Source of the DNA: Bacteroidia bacterium
GTDB lineage: Bacteria; Bacteroidota; Bacteroidia; 2-12-FULL-35-15
DNA: 64,000 bases
Assembly (NCBI GenBank): GCA_016786925.1
Contig: JAEUTU010000026.1
Coordinates: 18,044-82,043 of the forward strand
Direction of reading: 5' to 3'
Made by a program: the position numbers and the translations under genes. How positions within the stretch are numbered: the stretch's first letter is position 1; each line of letters starts with the position of its first letter. The notes beneath the pieces are model-generated. The model made no database searches. It saw nothing but the letters and a program-made list of their open reading frames with translations, and had not been told where the DNA came from. Shown here piece after piece: positions 51,620 through 60,011 of the stretch.

Positions 51620-52429
51620 CTAATTGAGATTTATCTTCCATTCATTGATTTTATCTTCCGATTCTGCTTTGTCCTCTGCATTTGGTTCAACCATTAAATA
51701 ACGTTTCATATTATAAATGGCCATTTGATAGTTTTCTGTTAGTGCATAAATCAAAGCCAAATTGTAATAAATTGGCGGATAGGATACTAGGTTGATATTG
51801 ATCGCTTCTTCATAAAGCGCTATTACTTTGTAATATTGTTTTTGGTCAAAAAATACATTTGCTTGTACCATTAATTCTCTTTGTTTTTCAATGTCACTAG
51901 CATTTTTAGTGGCTGTTTTTATTTTAAGACCAAAATCAAGAAGTAAACTGTCAAGCATTTTCGATTTGGCTGCTTTTTCTTTTTCTTTTAAAGAATTTTC
52001 TCTTAGAATAACAACATTGTCAGCAAATTTTTTGATGTTTTCGCCTTCTTGAAAAGTGGGTTCAGTGAAAAATAAATTTCCTAAAACTACACTTATGGGG
52101 TAGTTATCTACAAACTTGTCTAGCAGTGAGGTCTTATAAGTAATAGCTTTTGATTTTTCTCCTTCAGAAAGTATCTTAACTTTTCCGCCAATACTAACCT
52201 TATACTTAGTAGGTTTTGCAATGATGATCAACGTGTCTGCTTTTATTTCTACTTTTTCTATTTGAATTAAATAATTAAATGTAGTCGCATTAATTTTCTC
52301 ATCAACTCTTATCTTATTGCTTAATATTAATTCTGTTAATTCAGATTTGGCTCTTGTGTAGGTCCCGATTTGGCCAAAAAAATTGGAATGATATAGAAAA
52401 ATGAATACGATCAATAATATTCTATTCAT
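51620..52429 (-). CDS. Secreted hypothetical protein with C-terminal TPR-like helices
   Basis: Signal peptide. The C-terminal YYKVIALYEEA...YYNLALIYALTENYQMAIYNMKRYL resembles a TPR pair. Confidence 0.4.
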   Translation of the reverse strand: MNRILLIVFIFLYHSNFFGQIGTYTRAKSELTELILSNKIRVDEKINATTFNYLIQIEKVEIKADTLIIIAKPTKYKVSIGGKVKILSEGEKSKAITYKTSLLDKFVDNYPISVVLGNLFFTEPTFQEGENIKKFADNVVILRENSLKEKEKAAKSKMLDSLLLDFGLKIKTATKNASDIEKQRELMVQANVFFDQKQYYKVIALYEEAININLVSYPPIYYNLALIYALTENYQMAIYNMKRYLMVEPNAEDKAESEDKINEWKINLN

Positions 52430-52508
52430 GTTCAGGAATTTAGCGTTTATGTCTTTTAGTAATACAAATGTACACCAGGTCAGATTTGATAAAAATGAGG
52501 AAAGTCAT

Positions 52509-52548
52509 ATAAAAAAAGCCTGAGCATTTGCTCAGGCTTTTTTGTTTT
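52509..52548. terminator. Rho-independent terminator; copy 2 of the perfect 40-bp repeat
   Basis: Identical to 50546..50585. Contains the TGA stop of the DUF3820 gene. Confidence 0.7.
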
Positions 52549-52756
52549 TTAGAGGTTTTAAGAGATCTTCCAAGCCATTGAGTTTGATCACATACATGGT
52601 TTCCAGTAGCACACCCAATTTACCTTCCGGAAAACCTTTTCGATTGAACCATTCCAAATATGAAACAGGCAAATTACAAAGCACAGTGCCCTGATACCTC
52701 CCAAAAGGCATTTTCATTTCTACAAGAGAGAGTAGGAGTTCGGGGTTAAGGGTCAT
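52532..52756 (-). CDS. DUF3820-like small protein
   Basis: MPFGRYQGTVLCNLPVSYLEWFNRKGFPEGKLGVLLETMYVIKLNGLE matches my memory of the DUF3820 family consensus. Confidence 0.55.
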   Translation of the reverse strand: MTLNPELLLSLVEMKMPFGRYQGTVLCNLPVSYLEWFNRKGFPEGKLGVLLETMYVIKLNGLEDLLKPLKNKKA

Positions 52757-52763
52757 TCTGTTA

Positions 52764-53108
52764 TTATTTTATTTCTAATAGTCCATATTCTTCTAGCGCA
52801 TCGCTCCAGATGTTGTCTTTATTTAGTCGAATTAATTCTAATACAATTTTAGTGATTTTCTCTTGGTTTAAATTGTCTTCTCCAATTTCGTGAATGAATT
52901 TTTTTGATAATTGTTCGTCTAAGCATTTCGCATTGTTGGTAATATTGCAACACCCATAACCATCAAATGAAATTCTACATAAATAAATACGTCTATCTGC
53001 GGTACAATTGAAATCCATATATACCGAACTATCCAAACAGCCTAGATAGAAGTCAGCCTTTCTGCTTTCTGGCATCGTGGTTTTAAAGAAATCAAAGTTC
53101 GGTTTCAT
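52764..53108 (-). CDS. Hypothetical Cys-containing cytoplasmic protein
   Basis: 114 aa ORF with good coding periodicity in the island. No motif recognised. Confidence 0.35.
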   Translation of the reverse strand: MKPNFDFFKTTMPESRKADFYLGCLDSSVYMDFNCTADRRIYLCRISFDGYGCCNITNNAKCLDEQLSKKFIHEIGEDNLNQEKITKIVLELIRLNKDNIWSDALEEYGLLEIK

Positions 53109-53128
53109 GTATATTATGTTTTATAAAT

Positions 53129-54535
53129 CTATTGACCGTACTTAGTTTTTACGCTATTTGAAAATGACCCCGAGATATTATTGTTTTTGTAGTTTACTTG
53201 AACTTCATATGTTTTGTCTTTCTTAAAATCATCAGAATATATAATGAATGAATTTAGTCCTTTTTTTGCTTTTGTTTCTGAAGTAGCGACAATTCTTTCA
53301 TTGTCAGGGTCTTGGATATAAATTTCAACATCCGCTTTTTCTATAAAATAAACAATTACTTCAATCTCGTTTTTGCTTTTGCTGCTTATGTCTCTAATAT
53401 TATTTTTATTGGTTATGTATGTACGTTCTTGTTTTTTCCCTTTTTCAATTCCTTTTATTTTGCTGTAAGTTATTACTCCTTGCACATTTCCAAATTCCAT
53501 GAATGGCATTGGGAAGAAAGGTAAAATGTAATATCTGTAGGGATCGTTATTTGCTTGAACGATTTTCTGATAAGAATAACCATTGATAGTATCATATGTA
53601 ACTCCTTGCAAAAACAAGCTTTTTTCATTCTTAGTTTCAATGAGCTTTAATTCGGTTTTGTAGTCCTTAAAAGGTACAAATAGTTGATTGCCTACATAAT
53701 AACCGCTGTCAGTAATAGAAATTAGCAGTTCTTCTGGTTTTTCGTAAGAGCCGCTTAGATAGTTGTATCCTTCAACTTCTAATTTTAACGTGCTTTTTTC
53801 ATTGACAATTGTATCACTTACGTACTTAATATTTTTGAATTGTTTGTCCTCATATTCGGCCATATTGGTAGTGTCATTGTACCATTTTCTACGATAAAAT
53901 AGCTGAATTTCATCTCCTTTTTCTATGTCAAACTTTGTTGAAGCAGTGTAGCTATTTTGTAGCCCTTTTGTTATGTCGTTATAATTATTACCCATTAATT
54001 GTTTGGTGTAAAACTCTCCGTTGCTCGAAACTGCAATCGTTTGAATATCCGGAATAATTACAAGGTAGATTTCAGTATTTTCCTTGTGATAATATTTTCT
54101 TGGAGTTTTGTTAGATGGTATTAAACTATCTCTCGGGTAACTGCTTCGTGTATCAAGGAATTCGAGTGAAATTTGAGTTTCTTTCCCAAAGATCGTCCCA
54201 GTCTGTTCTTTATTATTTTTATAGTTTATTTTATGAATAATATTTTTATTCTTGTCAAGCAAGCAATATATATCTTTTGAAAAGGATTCGTAGAATGTTT
54301 TCGTCTCCTTTTTATCTGAATAGTCTTTGAAATCTTCTGTTTGAAATTTTCTGTATTTTATTTTGTCAATTATTGTGTCTTGCAAGTCAGTTCTTGTTTG
54401 CAAGCCAATAAATTCATTCTTATTGTCGAAATACGTGGTTCTGTAATAAAGCTTAGAATTGGCAAGTTCCTTTCTGGATTGTCCAAAAGAGAAAACGACA
54501 ACTAAAAGTAAAATTGTTGTGAATATATGTTTCAT
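53129..54535 (-). CDS. Secreted hypothetical protein
   Basis: 468 aa, signal peptide, Tyr/Asn/Lys-rich. Probably beta-rich. Confidence 0.4.
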   Translation of the reverse strand: MKHIFTTILLLVVVFSFGQSRKELANSKLYYRTTYFDNKNEFIGLQTRTDLQDTIIDKIKYRKFQTEDFKDYSDKKETKTFYESFSKDIYCLLDKNKNIIHKINYKNNKEQTGTIFGKETQISLEFLDTRSSYPRDSLIPSNKTPRKYYHKENTEIYLVIIPDIQTIAVSSNGEFYTKQLMGNNYNDITKGLQNSYTASTKFDIEKGDEIQLFYRRKWYNDTTNMAEYEDKQFKNIKYVSDTIVNEKSTLKLEVEGYNYLSGSYEKPEELLISITDSGYYVGNQLFVPFKDYKTELKLIETKNEKSLFLQGVTYDTINGYSYQKIVQANNDPYRYYILPFFPMPFMEFGNVQGVITYSKIKGIEKGKKQERTYITNKNNIRDISSKSKNEIEVIVYFIEKADVEIYIQDPDNERIVATSETKAKKGLNSFIIYSDDFKKDKTYEVQVNYKNNNISGSFSNSVKTKYGQ

Positions 54536-54591
54536 GCTTAATGTTTTCTGGAATTTTCGACACTTAATACTATCTCTTTCTTTAGTTACTC

Positions 54592-55524
54592 TTACTTCAA
54601 TCCTTTATTTAAGAATTCAATAAATTCCTGTGTATTGTTTGTATAACCTATTTCTGAAAGAACTTTTCCGCTTTCATTGATAATACAGAAATAGGGTTGA
54701 TAATTGGTTTTAAACTGCTCTGTTTGAAGTTTGATGAATTTTGCACCTACTGTTGATCCTGTAGCAATGTCTTCGGTTTTATCGTCAGTATAGGCAATGA
54801 AATAATTAAACTTCTCAGCTATTATGGATTTTACTTGATTGTCTATCAATACCCGGTCTTCTATTTTTCTGGCATTTACACATGCATAACCTGAAAAATA
54901 AAGGAGAACCTTTTTGCCATTTCCTTTTCCTGTTTTTATAGCACTTTCAAGGTCAGTGAGTTTAGTGAATTCTAATTTTTCGGGTAGAGTAGAGGCTGTG
55001 TTGTCTTTCGATAATGAGTAAAGAGCGAATGCCTGTTTGTATGTTATGTTTTGAAAATCATTTGATTGAATGAATTTTTTAAAAGGCTCTAATTCTGATG
55101 GAGGCAGACCTGCTTGAAGTAGCAGTTCTTTGTCCTTTTCAAATACTTCTATGCTTACAATTTTGTTCTCCAGCGTTTTAGAAGCAATGATTGCATTGCG
55201 CAATTTTGAATAATTCTCTGATTGTTTGAAGGAATTAAAGCTTTTTAGAATTGTATGGTAGGTTATTAGTTTCTCTTCAGTTGCATGCTGCATCAAAATA
55301 CTTGCAATCATTGGACCGGAAAGCAACTCACTATCAATAGAATCCAAATTGCCGCAACTTTTAAGAATATCGAAATCATTATTTATGGAGTCATTGGGTT
55401 CAGTAACAGCATGACTAACAAAATAAGGAATCTTATCCAGCACTTGTTTGCAGTCTTTTTGAGCCTGACTAAAGAGCGGTGCAGAGAATAATAGGATGAA
55501 TAATATGAGTTTTATCTTTTTCAA
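54592..55524 (-). CDS. Secreted protein with C-terminal thioredoxin-like fold domain (non-canonical active site)
   Basis: Signal peptide. The C-terminal KVLLYFSGYACVNARK...YFCIINESGKVL resembles a TlpA/DsbD-like thioredoxin fold with CVNA in place of CxxC. Confidence 0.4.
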   Translation of the reverse strand: MKKIKLILFILLFSAPLFSQAQKDCKQVLDKIPYFVSHAVTEPNDSINNDFDILKSCGNLDSIDSELLSGPMIASILMQHATEEKLITYHTILKSFNSFKQSENYSKLRNAIIASKTLENKIVSIEVFEKDKELLLQAGLPPSELEPFKKFIQSNDFQNITYKQAFALYSLSKDNTASTLPEKLEFTKLTDLESAIKTGKGNGKKVLLYFSGYACVNARKIEDRVLIDNQVKSIIAEKFNYFIAYTDDKTEDIATGSTVGAKFIKLQTEQFKTNYQPYFCIINESGKVLSEIGYTNNTQEFIEFLNKGLK

Positions 55525-55584
55525 TAATGTGTTGTTTGTTTTTGTTTAACGTTTTGCACCAGTACGCTGTTAGTGGCTGTTTTT

Positions 55585-56337
55585 TTATGCATTGAATTTT
55601 TCTCCAGTCGCAGTCTGAATTGTTGGAATTGCAAATATTAATAAACTTAATGCAATACAGTCTAGCTGTTCCCGTGTAATTAAAAGCATCCCCCCTTTGT
55701 CGAATGTGATTTCTTCATCAAATGTTTTTAAAACTAATCCTTCGCCTTCTCCAAGAGGTCCAGGTTTCATTACTTCATATCCTGCCGTTGATGCAAGTCC
55801 CATTCTTTTATAGCGTATAACTCGATCTGCTTTCGCAATGCCTTTGTGATGCTCCAGTCCATTTCTAATATCGAAATAGCTTTGGATCGACTCTTTGTAG
55901 ATTTGATGTTTGGGTTTATCTAACAGAAGTTTCAATTTGCTAGGAATGTTCAAAGAACGGTCTGTGGAGACATTCAACAGATGCTCTTCAAATTTATTTT
56001 GTAGAAGTGCATTAACTTCTTCCAAAGTCGTTTGAGGTGGAATCGTAATTTTTTCAGCCTTCAATCGCAAAATCGCAATTAGGTTGTCCATATAATCTTG
56101 AAAGGAGCCGATTATAGATTTAAAACATTTGTTAATTTCTCTTTGTTTCAAAAAGTCTACTGGAGGTACTCCAATTTCTGAGATAGTAAATCCTTGTTTT
56201 AGAATATATTTTCTGTTATTATAATTAGGCTGTGAGATTGCGTCATATGTGATTTGCAAAGCAGTCAAATCGCTTCCAATTTGTCCGCGTAGTTTGGACT
56301 CATATATGCTTAAGTCTATGTCGATTTTTGCTTCCAT
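55585..56337 (-). CDS. Uncharacterised cytoplasmic protein with HEPN-like RN-x3-H motif (gene 2 of pair)
   Basis: 250 aa with no signal peptide or TM segment. Contains FDIRNGLEHHKG. Separated by only 21 nt from the upstream gene. Confidence 0.4.
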   Translation of the reverse strand: MEAKIDIDLSIYESKLRGQIGSDLTALQITYDAISQPNYNNRKYILKQGFTISEIGVPPVDFLKQREINKCFKSIIGSFQDYMDNLIAILRLKAEKITIPPQTTLEEVNALLQNKFEEHLLNVSTDRSLNIPSKLKLLLDKPKHQIYKESIQSYFDIRNGLEHHKGIAKADRVIRYKRMGLASTAGYEVMKPGPLGEGEGLVLKTFDEEITFDKGGMLLITREQLDCIALSLLIFAIPTIQTATGEKFNA

Positions 56338-56358
56338 TCGAACGCCTGAAATATTGTT

Positions 56359-57060
56359 TTAAGTTGTACTGTTTATAGAATGGACAGAAGTTATAAAAGT
56401 GTATTTGTTTATTAATTCAGGAACTGCAATTATCGTTTCTATTTCATTTGTCTTCACCTTTTCAATTATTCTTGCGTGAATTTTTTCTACAAATGTTCCG
56501 AAACCAAATATGTTTACAAAAGTTGTGTCATCTGTTCTGTGAAAGTCTTTTCCTAAAATATCTCCATTCCATAAAGTTGTAGGCAGTTTAACAACTTCAT
56601 TTTCATTGTCTGGGTCGGGATACACAGTAAATTTACAACGTTGAAGGTCATTTAATCGTTCATTGTCTGGAATGTTTAATAAATTAAAGTCATGAGTGAA
56701 TGCGTTTCTTAATGCAATCAAGGCATTTAATTTTCTTATGTCATTCTCAATAAAATCAAATCCGAATGTTTCTATTGCGAATTTTATTTTATTGTATTTA
56801 GGTGATATTTCTTGGCCTGGATTTTTAAAACAACTACCAATTTGATCAAGTACCGTAAAATAACCGATGGCTCCCAACCAATGACCAGCAAATCCGCATT
56901 CAGCATCGGGATTGTATTTTCCTGTTAGTTTGTCTCGCTTAGTGAAAAGCCGGCTTTCTCTTAACCCAGCATTGATGGTAGAATATCGTTGAGAACCTTG
57001 ATAATCAAAAGTCTCGCAGGTAAGATATTGAAATATATAATTTGTTTCTTCTTCTGTCAT
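56359..57060 (-). CDS. Uncharacterised cytoplasmic protein with HEPN-like RN-x3-H motif (gene 1 of pair)
   Basis: 233 aa with no signal peptide. Contains ALIALRNAFTHDFNLL, resembling the Rx4-6H motif of HEPN/Abi nucleases. Confidence 0.4.
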   Translation of the reverse strand: MTEEETNYIFQYLTCETFDYQGSQRYSTINAGLRESRLFTKRDKLTGKYNPDAECGFAGHWLGAIGYFTVLDQIGSCFKNPGQEISPKYNKIKFAIETFGFDFIENDIRKLNALIALRNAFTHDFNLLNIPDNERLNDLQRCKFTVYPDPDNENEVVKLPTTLWNGDILGKDFHRTDDTTFVNIFGFGTFVEKIHARIIEKVKTNEIETIIAVPELINKYTFITSVHSINSTT

Positions 57061-57181
57061 AAAATTGCCACTAACTAATGTATAAGACTGATAAAATCAT
57101 CCTTATCCTGCTAATAGGTTTGCAAAAGATGTATTAATTCAAATATAGCAAAATCAAATAAATAAAAATTAGGAGAGATAC

Positions 57182-57228
57182 AAAAACAAAAAAGCCTTCC
57201 ATTTGGAAGGCTTTTGCGGTCCGGACGG
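57182..57228. repeat. 47-bp perfect direct repeat, copy A (terminator hairpin plus 12 nt identical to the tRNA-Asp 3' end)
   Basis: aaaaacaaaaaagccttccatttggaaggcttttgcggtccggacgg, identical to 59021..59067. Confidence 0.9.
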
Positions 57229-57380
57229 TTTTCTTTTGTATGGCATATATCCTTGCTTGAAAAATTTGTCATTACCTTAAAAAAAACAGGAAGATCTCCG
57301 GCTTTTTAATTTTTTATAAATGAAAATAATGTTTGTTATTGTAAACAAAATTATTATATTTGTATATTATAATAAACATT

Positions 57381-57704
57381 ATGGAACAAAGAAAAGCTAT
57401 ATTATTACCTTCCTTGAATAAAGTTCTTAAAGAATTGGGGGAGAATATTAAACTGGCCAGGCTGAGAAGAAAGCTCAGTGCAGCGCAGGTGGCTGAAAGA
57501 GCAAGGATAAGTAGAGCAACGCTTTGGCATGTAGAAAAAGGTTCTCCCAGTGTTGCAATGGGTATATACGCACAAGTATTGTTTGTACTGGGGTTAGATA
57601 AAGATCTGTTGAAAGTAGCTGCTGACGATACCCTGGGAAGAAAGTTGCAGGATGCTGAATTAATGATCAAAGAGCGGGCTCCTAAAAAGAAAAAAGATGA
57701 GTGA
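57381..57704 (+). CDS. hipB: HipB-like XRE-family HTH antitoxin
   Basis: HTH (LSAAQVAERARISRATLWHVEKG). 8-nt overlap with the downstream hipA. ATG at 57381 preferred over the TTG at 57360. Confidence 0.7.
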   Translation: MEQRKAILLPSLNKVLKELGENIKLARLRRKLSAAQVAERARISRATLWHVEKGSPSVAMGIYAQVLFVLGLDKDLLKVAADDTLGRKLQDAELMIKERAPKKKKDE

Positions 57705-58962
57705 AAAAAAAGAGATATTGGTTTATGCGCATTGGGAGGCATTTAAAACGCCTGTTTTAATGGGCTTGCTTTCTGCTATCCCGGCAAAAGGTAAAGAAGT
57801 GTTTTCTTTTGAATATTCAAAAGAGTGGTTACGATCAGATTTTACGTATATGATAGATCCTGATCTGCAACTGTACTCTGGGCGCTATTTCCCGACTGAG
57901 GAAAAATTAAACTTTGGTGCATTTTTAGACTCCTGTCCGGATAGATGGGGAAGAGTGTTAATGGATCGCAGGGAAGCTGCAATGGCGCGGAAAGAAGGAC
58001 GTAAAATGAAACACTTGCTGGAGTCGGATTATTTATTGGGCGTGTTTGATGGTCATAGAATGGGAGCACTCCGGTTCAAAACAAATGAAAATGGAGCATT
58101 CCTGAATGACGATAAAAGCATGGCGGCTCCTCCTTTCACTTCACTTAGGGAGTTAGAACAGGCGAGTCTCAAATTTGAAGAGGACGATGCCGGTGATGAG
58201 GACTATTTAAAATGGATCAATTTATTGATCGCTCCGGGCTCTTCACTGGGAGGAGCAAGGCCAAAAGCAAGTGTGATAGACCCGCATGGGAGTTTATGGA
58301 TCGCAAAATTTCCAAGTATAAAAGATGAAAAAAATATAGGAGCATGGGAAATGGTAGTAAATACAATGGCAAGAAAGGCCGGATTAAATGTTGCTCAAGG
58401 TGATGTTTATCAATTTAAAAGTAAATATCATACCTATCTTACTAAACGATTTGACAGAACAAATAAGGGAGAGCGAATTCATTTTGCATCGGCAATGACT
58501 TTGTTGGGATATGTGGACGGTGCAGGACATGACGAGGGAGTTAGTTATTTAGAATTGGTAGAATTTATTATGAAATATGGGGCACAGGTAGATGCCGATC
58601 TGGAAGAATTATGGCGCAGGATTGTATTTCATATTTGTGTAAAAAACACAGATGATCATTTACGAAATCATGGTTTTTTATTAACGGATAAAGGTTGGAG
58701 ATTGTCGCCCGCATACGATATTAATCCCAATGAATATGGAACTGGATTGAGTTTGAATATTTCTGAAAAGGATAATGCTCTTGACATTGAACTGGCTTTA
58801 AGTGTTGCCGCATTTTTTAGACTAGACGCAAAGAAGTCGAAGCAGATCGTTGATGAAATAAAAAGTGTTGTAAATAATTGGAGAGAATATGCTAAAACCT
58901 TTGGGATTGGAAAATCTGAACAGGATAGAATGAGTAATGCTTTTTCTTTGACTGATGATTAA
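57697..58962 (+). CDS. hipA: HipA-family serine/threonine kinase toxin
   Basis: 421 aa with N-terminal HipA_N-like and C-terminal HipA_C kinase core (motifs ...ICVKNTDDHLRNHGFLL...). Confidence 0.8.
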   Translation: MSEKKEILVYAHWEAFKTPVLMGLLSAIPAKGKEVFSFEYSKEWLRSDFTYMIDPDLQLYSGRYFPTEEKLNFGAFLDSCPDRWGRVLMDRREAAMARKEGRKMKHLLESDYLLGVFDGHRMGALRFKTNENGAFLNDDKSMAAPPFTSLRELEQASLKFEEDDAGDEDYLKWINLLIAPGSSLGGARPKASVIDPHGSLWIAKFPSIKDEKNIGAWEMVVNTMARKAGLNVAQGDVYQFKSKYHTYLTKRFDRTNKGERIHFASAMTLLGYVDGAGHDEGVSYLELVEFIMKYGAQVDADLEELWRRIVFHICVKNTDDHLRNHGFLLTDKGWRLSPAYDINPNEYGTGLSLNISEKDNALDIELALSVAAFFRLDAKKSKQIVDEIKSVVNNWREYAKTFGIGKSEQDRMSNAFSLTDD

Positions 58963-59020
58963 GAAAAAGGTATTTGCATTATTTTGAGAAGATAGGAGTG
59001 GAGAAAAAAATTACTTTCTT

Positions 59021-59067
59021 AAAAACAAAAAAGCCTTCCATTTGGAAGGCTTTTGCGGTCCGGACGG
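59021..59067. repeat. 47-bp perfect direct repeat, copy B (overlaps the tRNA-Asp 3' end)
   Basis: Identical to 57182..57228. Confidence 0.9.
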
Positions 59068-59129
59068 GACTCGAACCCGCGACCTCTGCCGTGACAGGGC
59101 AGCATTCTAACCAGCTGAACTACCGGACC
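59056..59129 (-). tRNA. tRNA-Asp (anticodon GTC)
   Basis: The reverse complement GGTCCGGTAGTTCAGCTGGTTAGAATGCTGCCCTGTCACGGCAGAGGTCGCGGGTTCGAGTCCCGTCCGGACCG folds as a cloverleaf. The anticodon loop CTGTCAC gives GTC. GTTCGAGTC T-loop. Followed by a terminator hairpin. Confidence 0.9.
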
Positions 59130-59270
59130 TAATTCTGTTAGAATTGGATTGCAAAAGTAGGGTTATTTTTGAATTCAGCAAAAAAATAATGAAAAAAATG
59201 TGTTATTTATTTGTTTTGCTTGAAAATCAGTCCTTTATTTTGCCTTATTTTTACAAAAAAATTAAATCTC

Positions 59271-60011
59271 ATGAATTTTGCTTTTACCGTTATCGGTCTT
59301 GTACTCGGTGGTTTGGGTACCCTCATCTGCCTCGTTTTTACTATTATCGCCCTTAGTGGCGGAAAAACTAAGAATGCTGCTTCCTGGGGAATCGGCTTTG
59401 CCGTATCCATCTCCTTGCTCATTTTCTCTATCGTTAGCCTGGTCAACAGCATTTCCGATAAAGTAAAAAACGGTGTGGAATGGTTGGAACAGCATGAAAA
59501 CAAATCCTTTGACGATATGAATGTGGACTATCAGGCACAGGACAGAGCCAACATGATCGATACCCTGAAAGCCTATACCAATGAAATGTATGCCGATAAA
59601 GTGCCTGCTGATTTTTATTCCTCTGCTAAAGTGGAGATCGATTCCAATGGCATCATGGTGGTTCCTTTCTTGTATCCGTATTCCTTAAGAATAAACACTT
59701 ACACCAGCCTGGCAGACATTGTGGTGGATGCCAAAGACAGTGTGTTTGTACAAAATGTATCGCAATTCTCCTTCGATCAAAACTTTGTGATCGCCCGCAT
59801 CGACAATGCGCAATCCAAAGATCTGTTGAAAAAAGGTCATGCCGAAATTGAATATCTGTTGTTTGATATGCGCACCGGCAATTATGAAAATGCCAATAAC
59901 ATGGAAATGCTCATGGACTTTGCCAACCGTATTGGTTTTGTTGGTCCAAAAGACTTAAGATACATTTCAGAAGATTATACCGGCTGGTTTGATTATGAGC
60001 AATATGATTAA
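59271..60011 (+). CDS. Hypothetical protein with N-terminal TM helices
   Basis: Two N-terminal TM helices followed by a soluble domain. ATG at 59271 chosen. Confidence 0.45.
   Translation: MNFAFTVIGLVLGGLGTLICLVFTIIALSGGKTKNAASWGIGFAVSISLLIFSIVSLVNSISDKVKNGVEWLEQHENKSFDDMNVDYQAQDRANMIDTLKAYTNEMYADKVPADFYSSAKVEIDSNGIMVVPFLYPYSLRINTYTSLADIVVDAKDSVFVQNVSQFSFDQNFVIARIDNAQSKDLLKKGHAEIEYLLFDMRTGNYENANNMEMLMDFANRIGFVGPKDLRYISEDYTGWFDYEQYD

Larger units (their letters stand above)
50586..59055. mobile_element. AT-rich accessory genomic island abutting tRNA-Asp
   Basis: Genes in this span are visibly lower in GC than flanking housekeeping genes. The span ends at the 3' end of tRNA-Asp and contains hipBA and other accessory-type genes. 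No integrase is seen. Confidence 0.45.
57182..59067. mobile_element. hipBA islet bracketed by 47-bp direct repeats at the tRNA-Asp 3' end (att-like duplication)
   Basis: Perfect 47-bp direct repeats at 57182-57228 and 59021-59067. The second overlaps the last 12 nt of the tRNA-Asp gene. The intervening DNA carries only hipB and hipA. Confidence 0.5.

Noticed and set aside
57062-57180. Possible small RNA or tRNA fragment in the 300-bp spacer between the HEPN-like pair and hipB
   Set aside because: No cloverleaf or conserved structure is evident. It is AT-rich, promoter-like DNA. Only the terminal 47-mer repeat is structured.
57360-57380. TTG-initiated 5' extension of hipB
   Set aside because: The ORF tracker starts at a TTG inside an AT-rich promoter-like stretch (ttattatatttgtatattataataaacatt). 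ATG at 57381 gives a normal-sized HipB.
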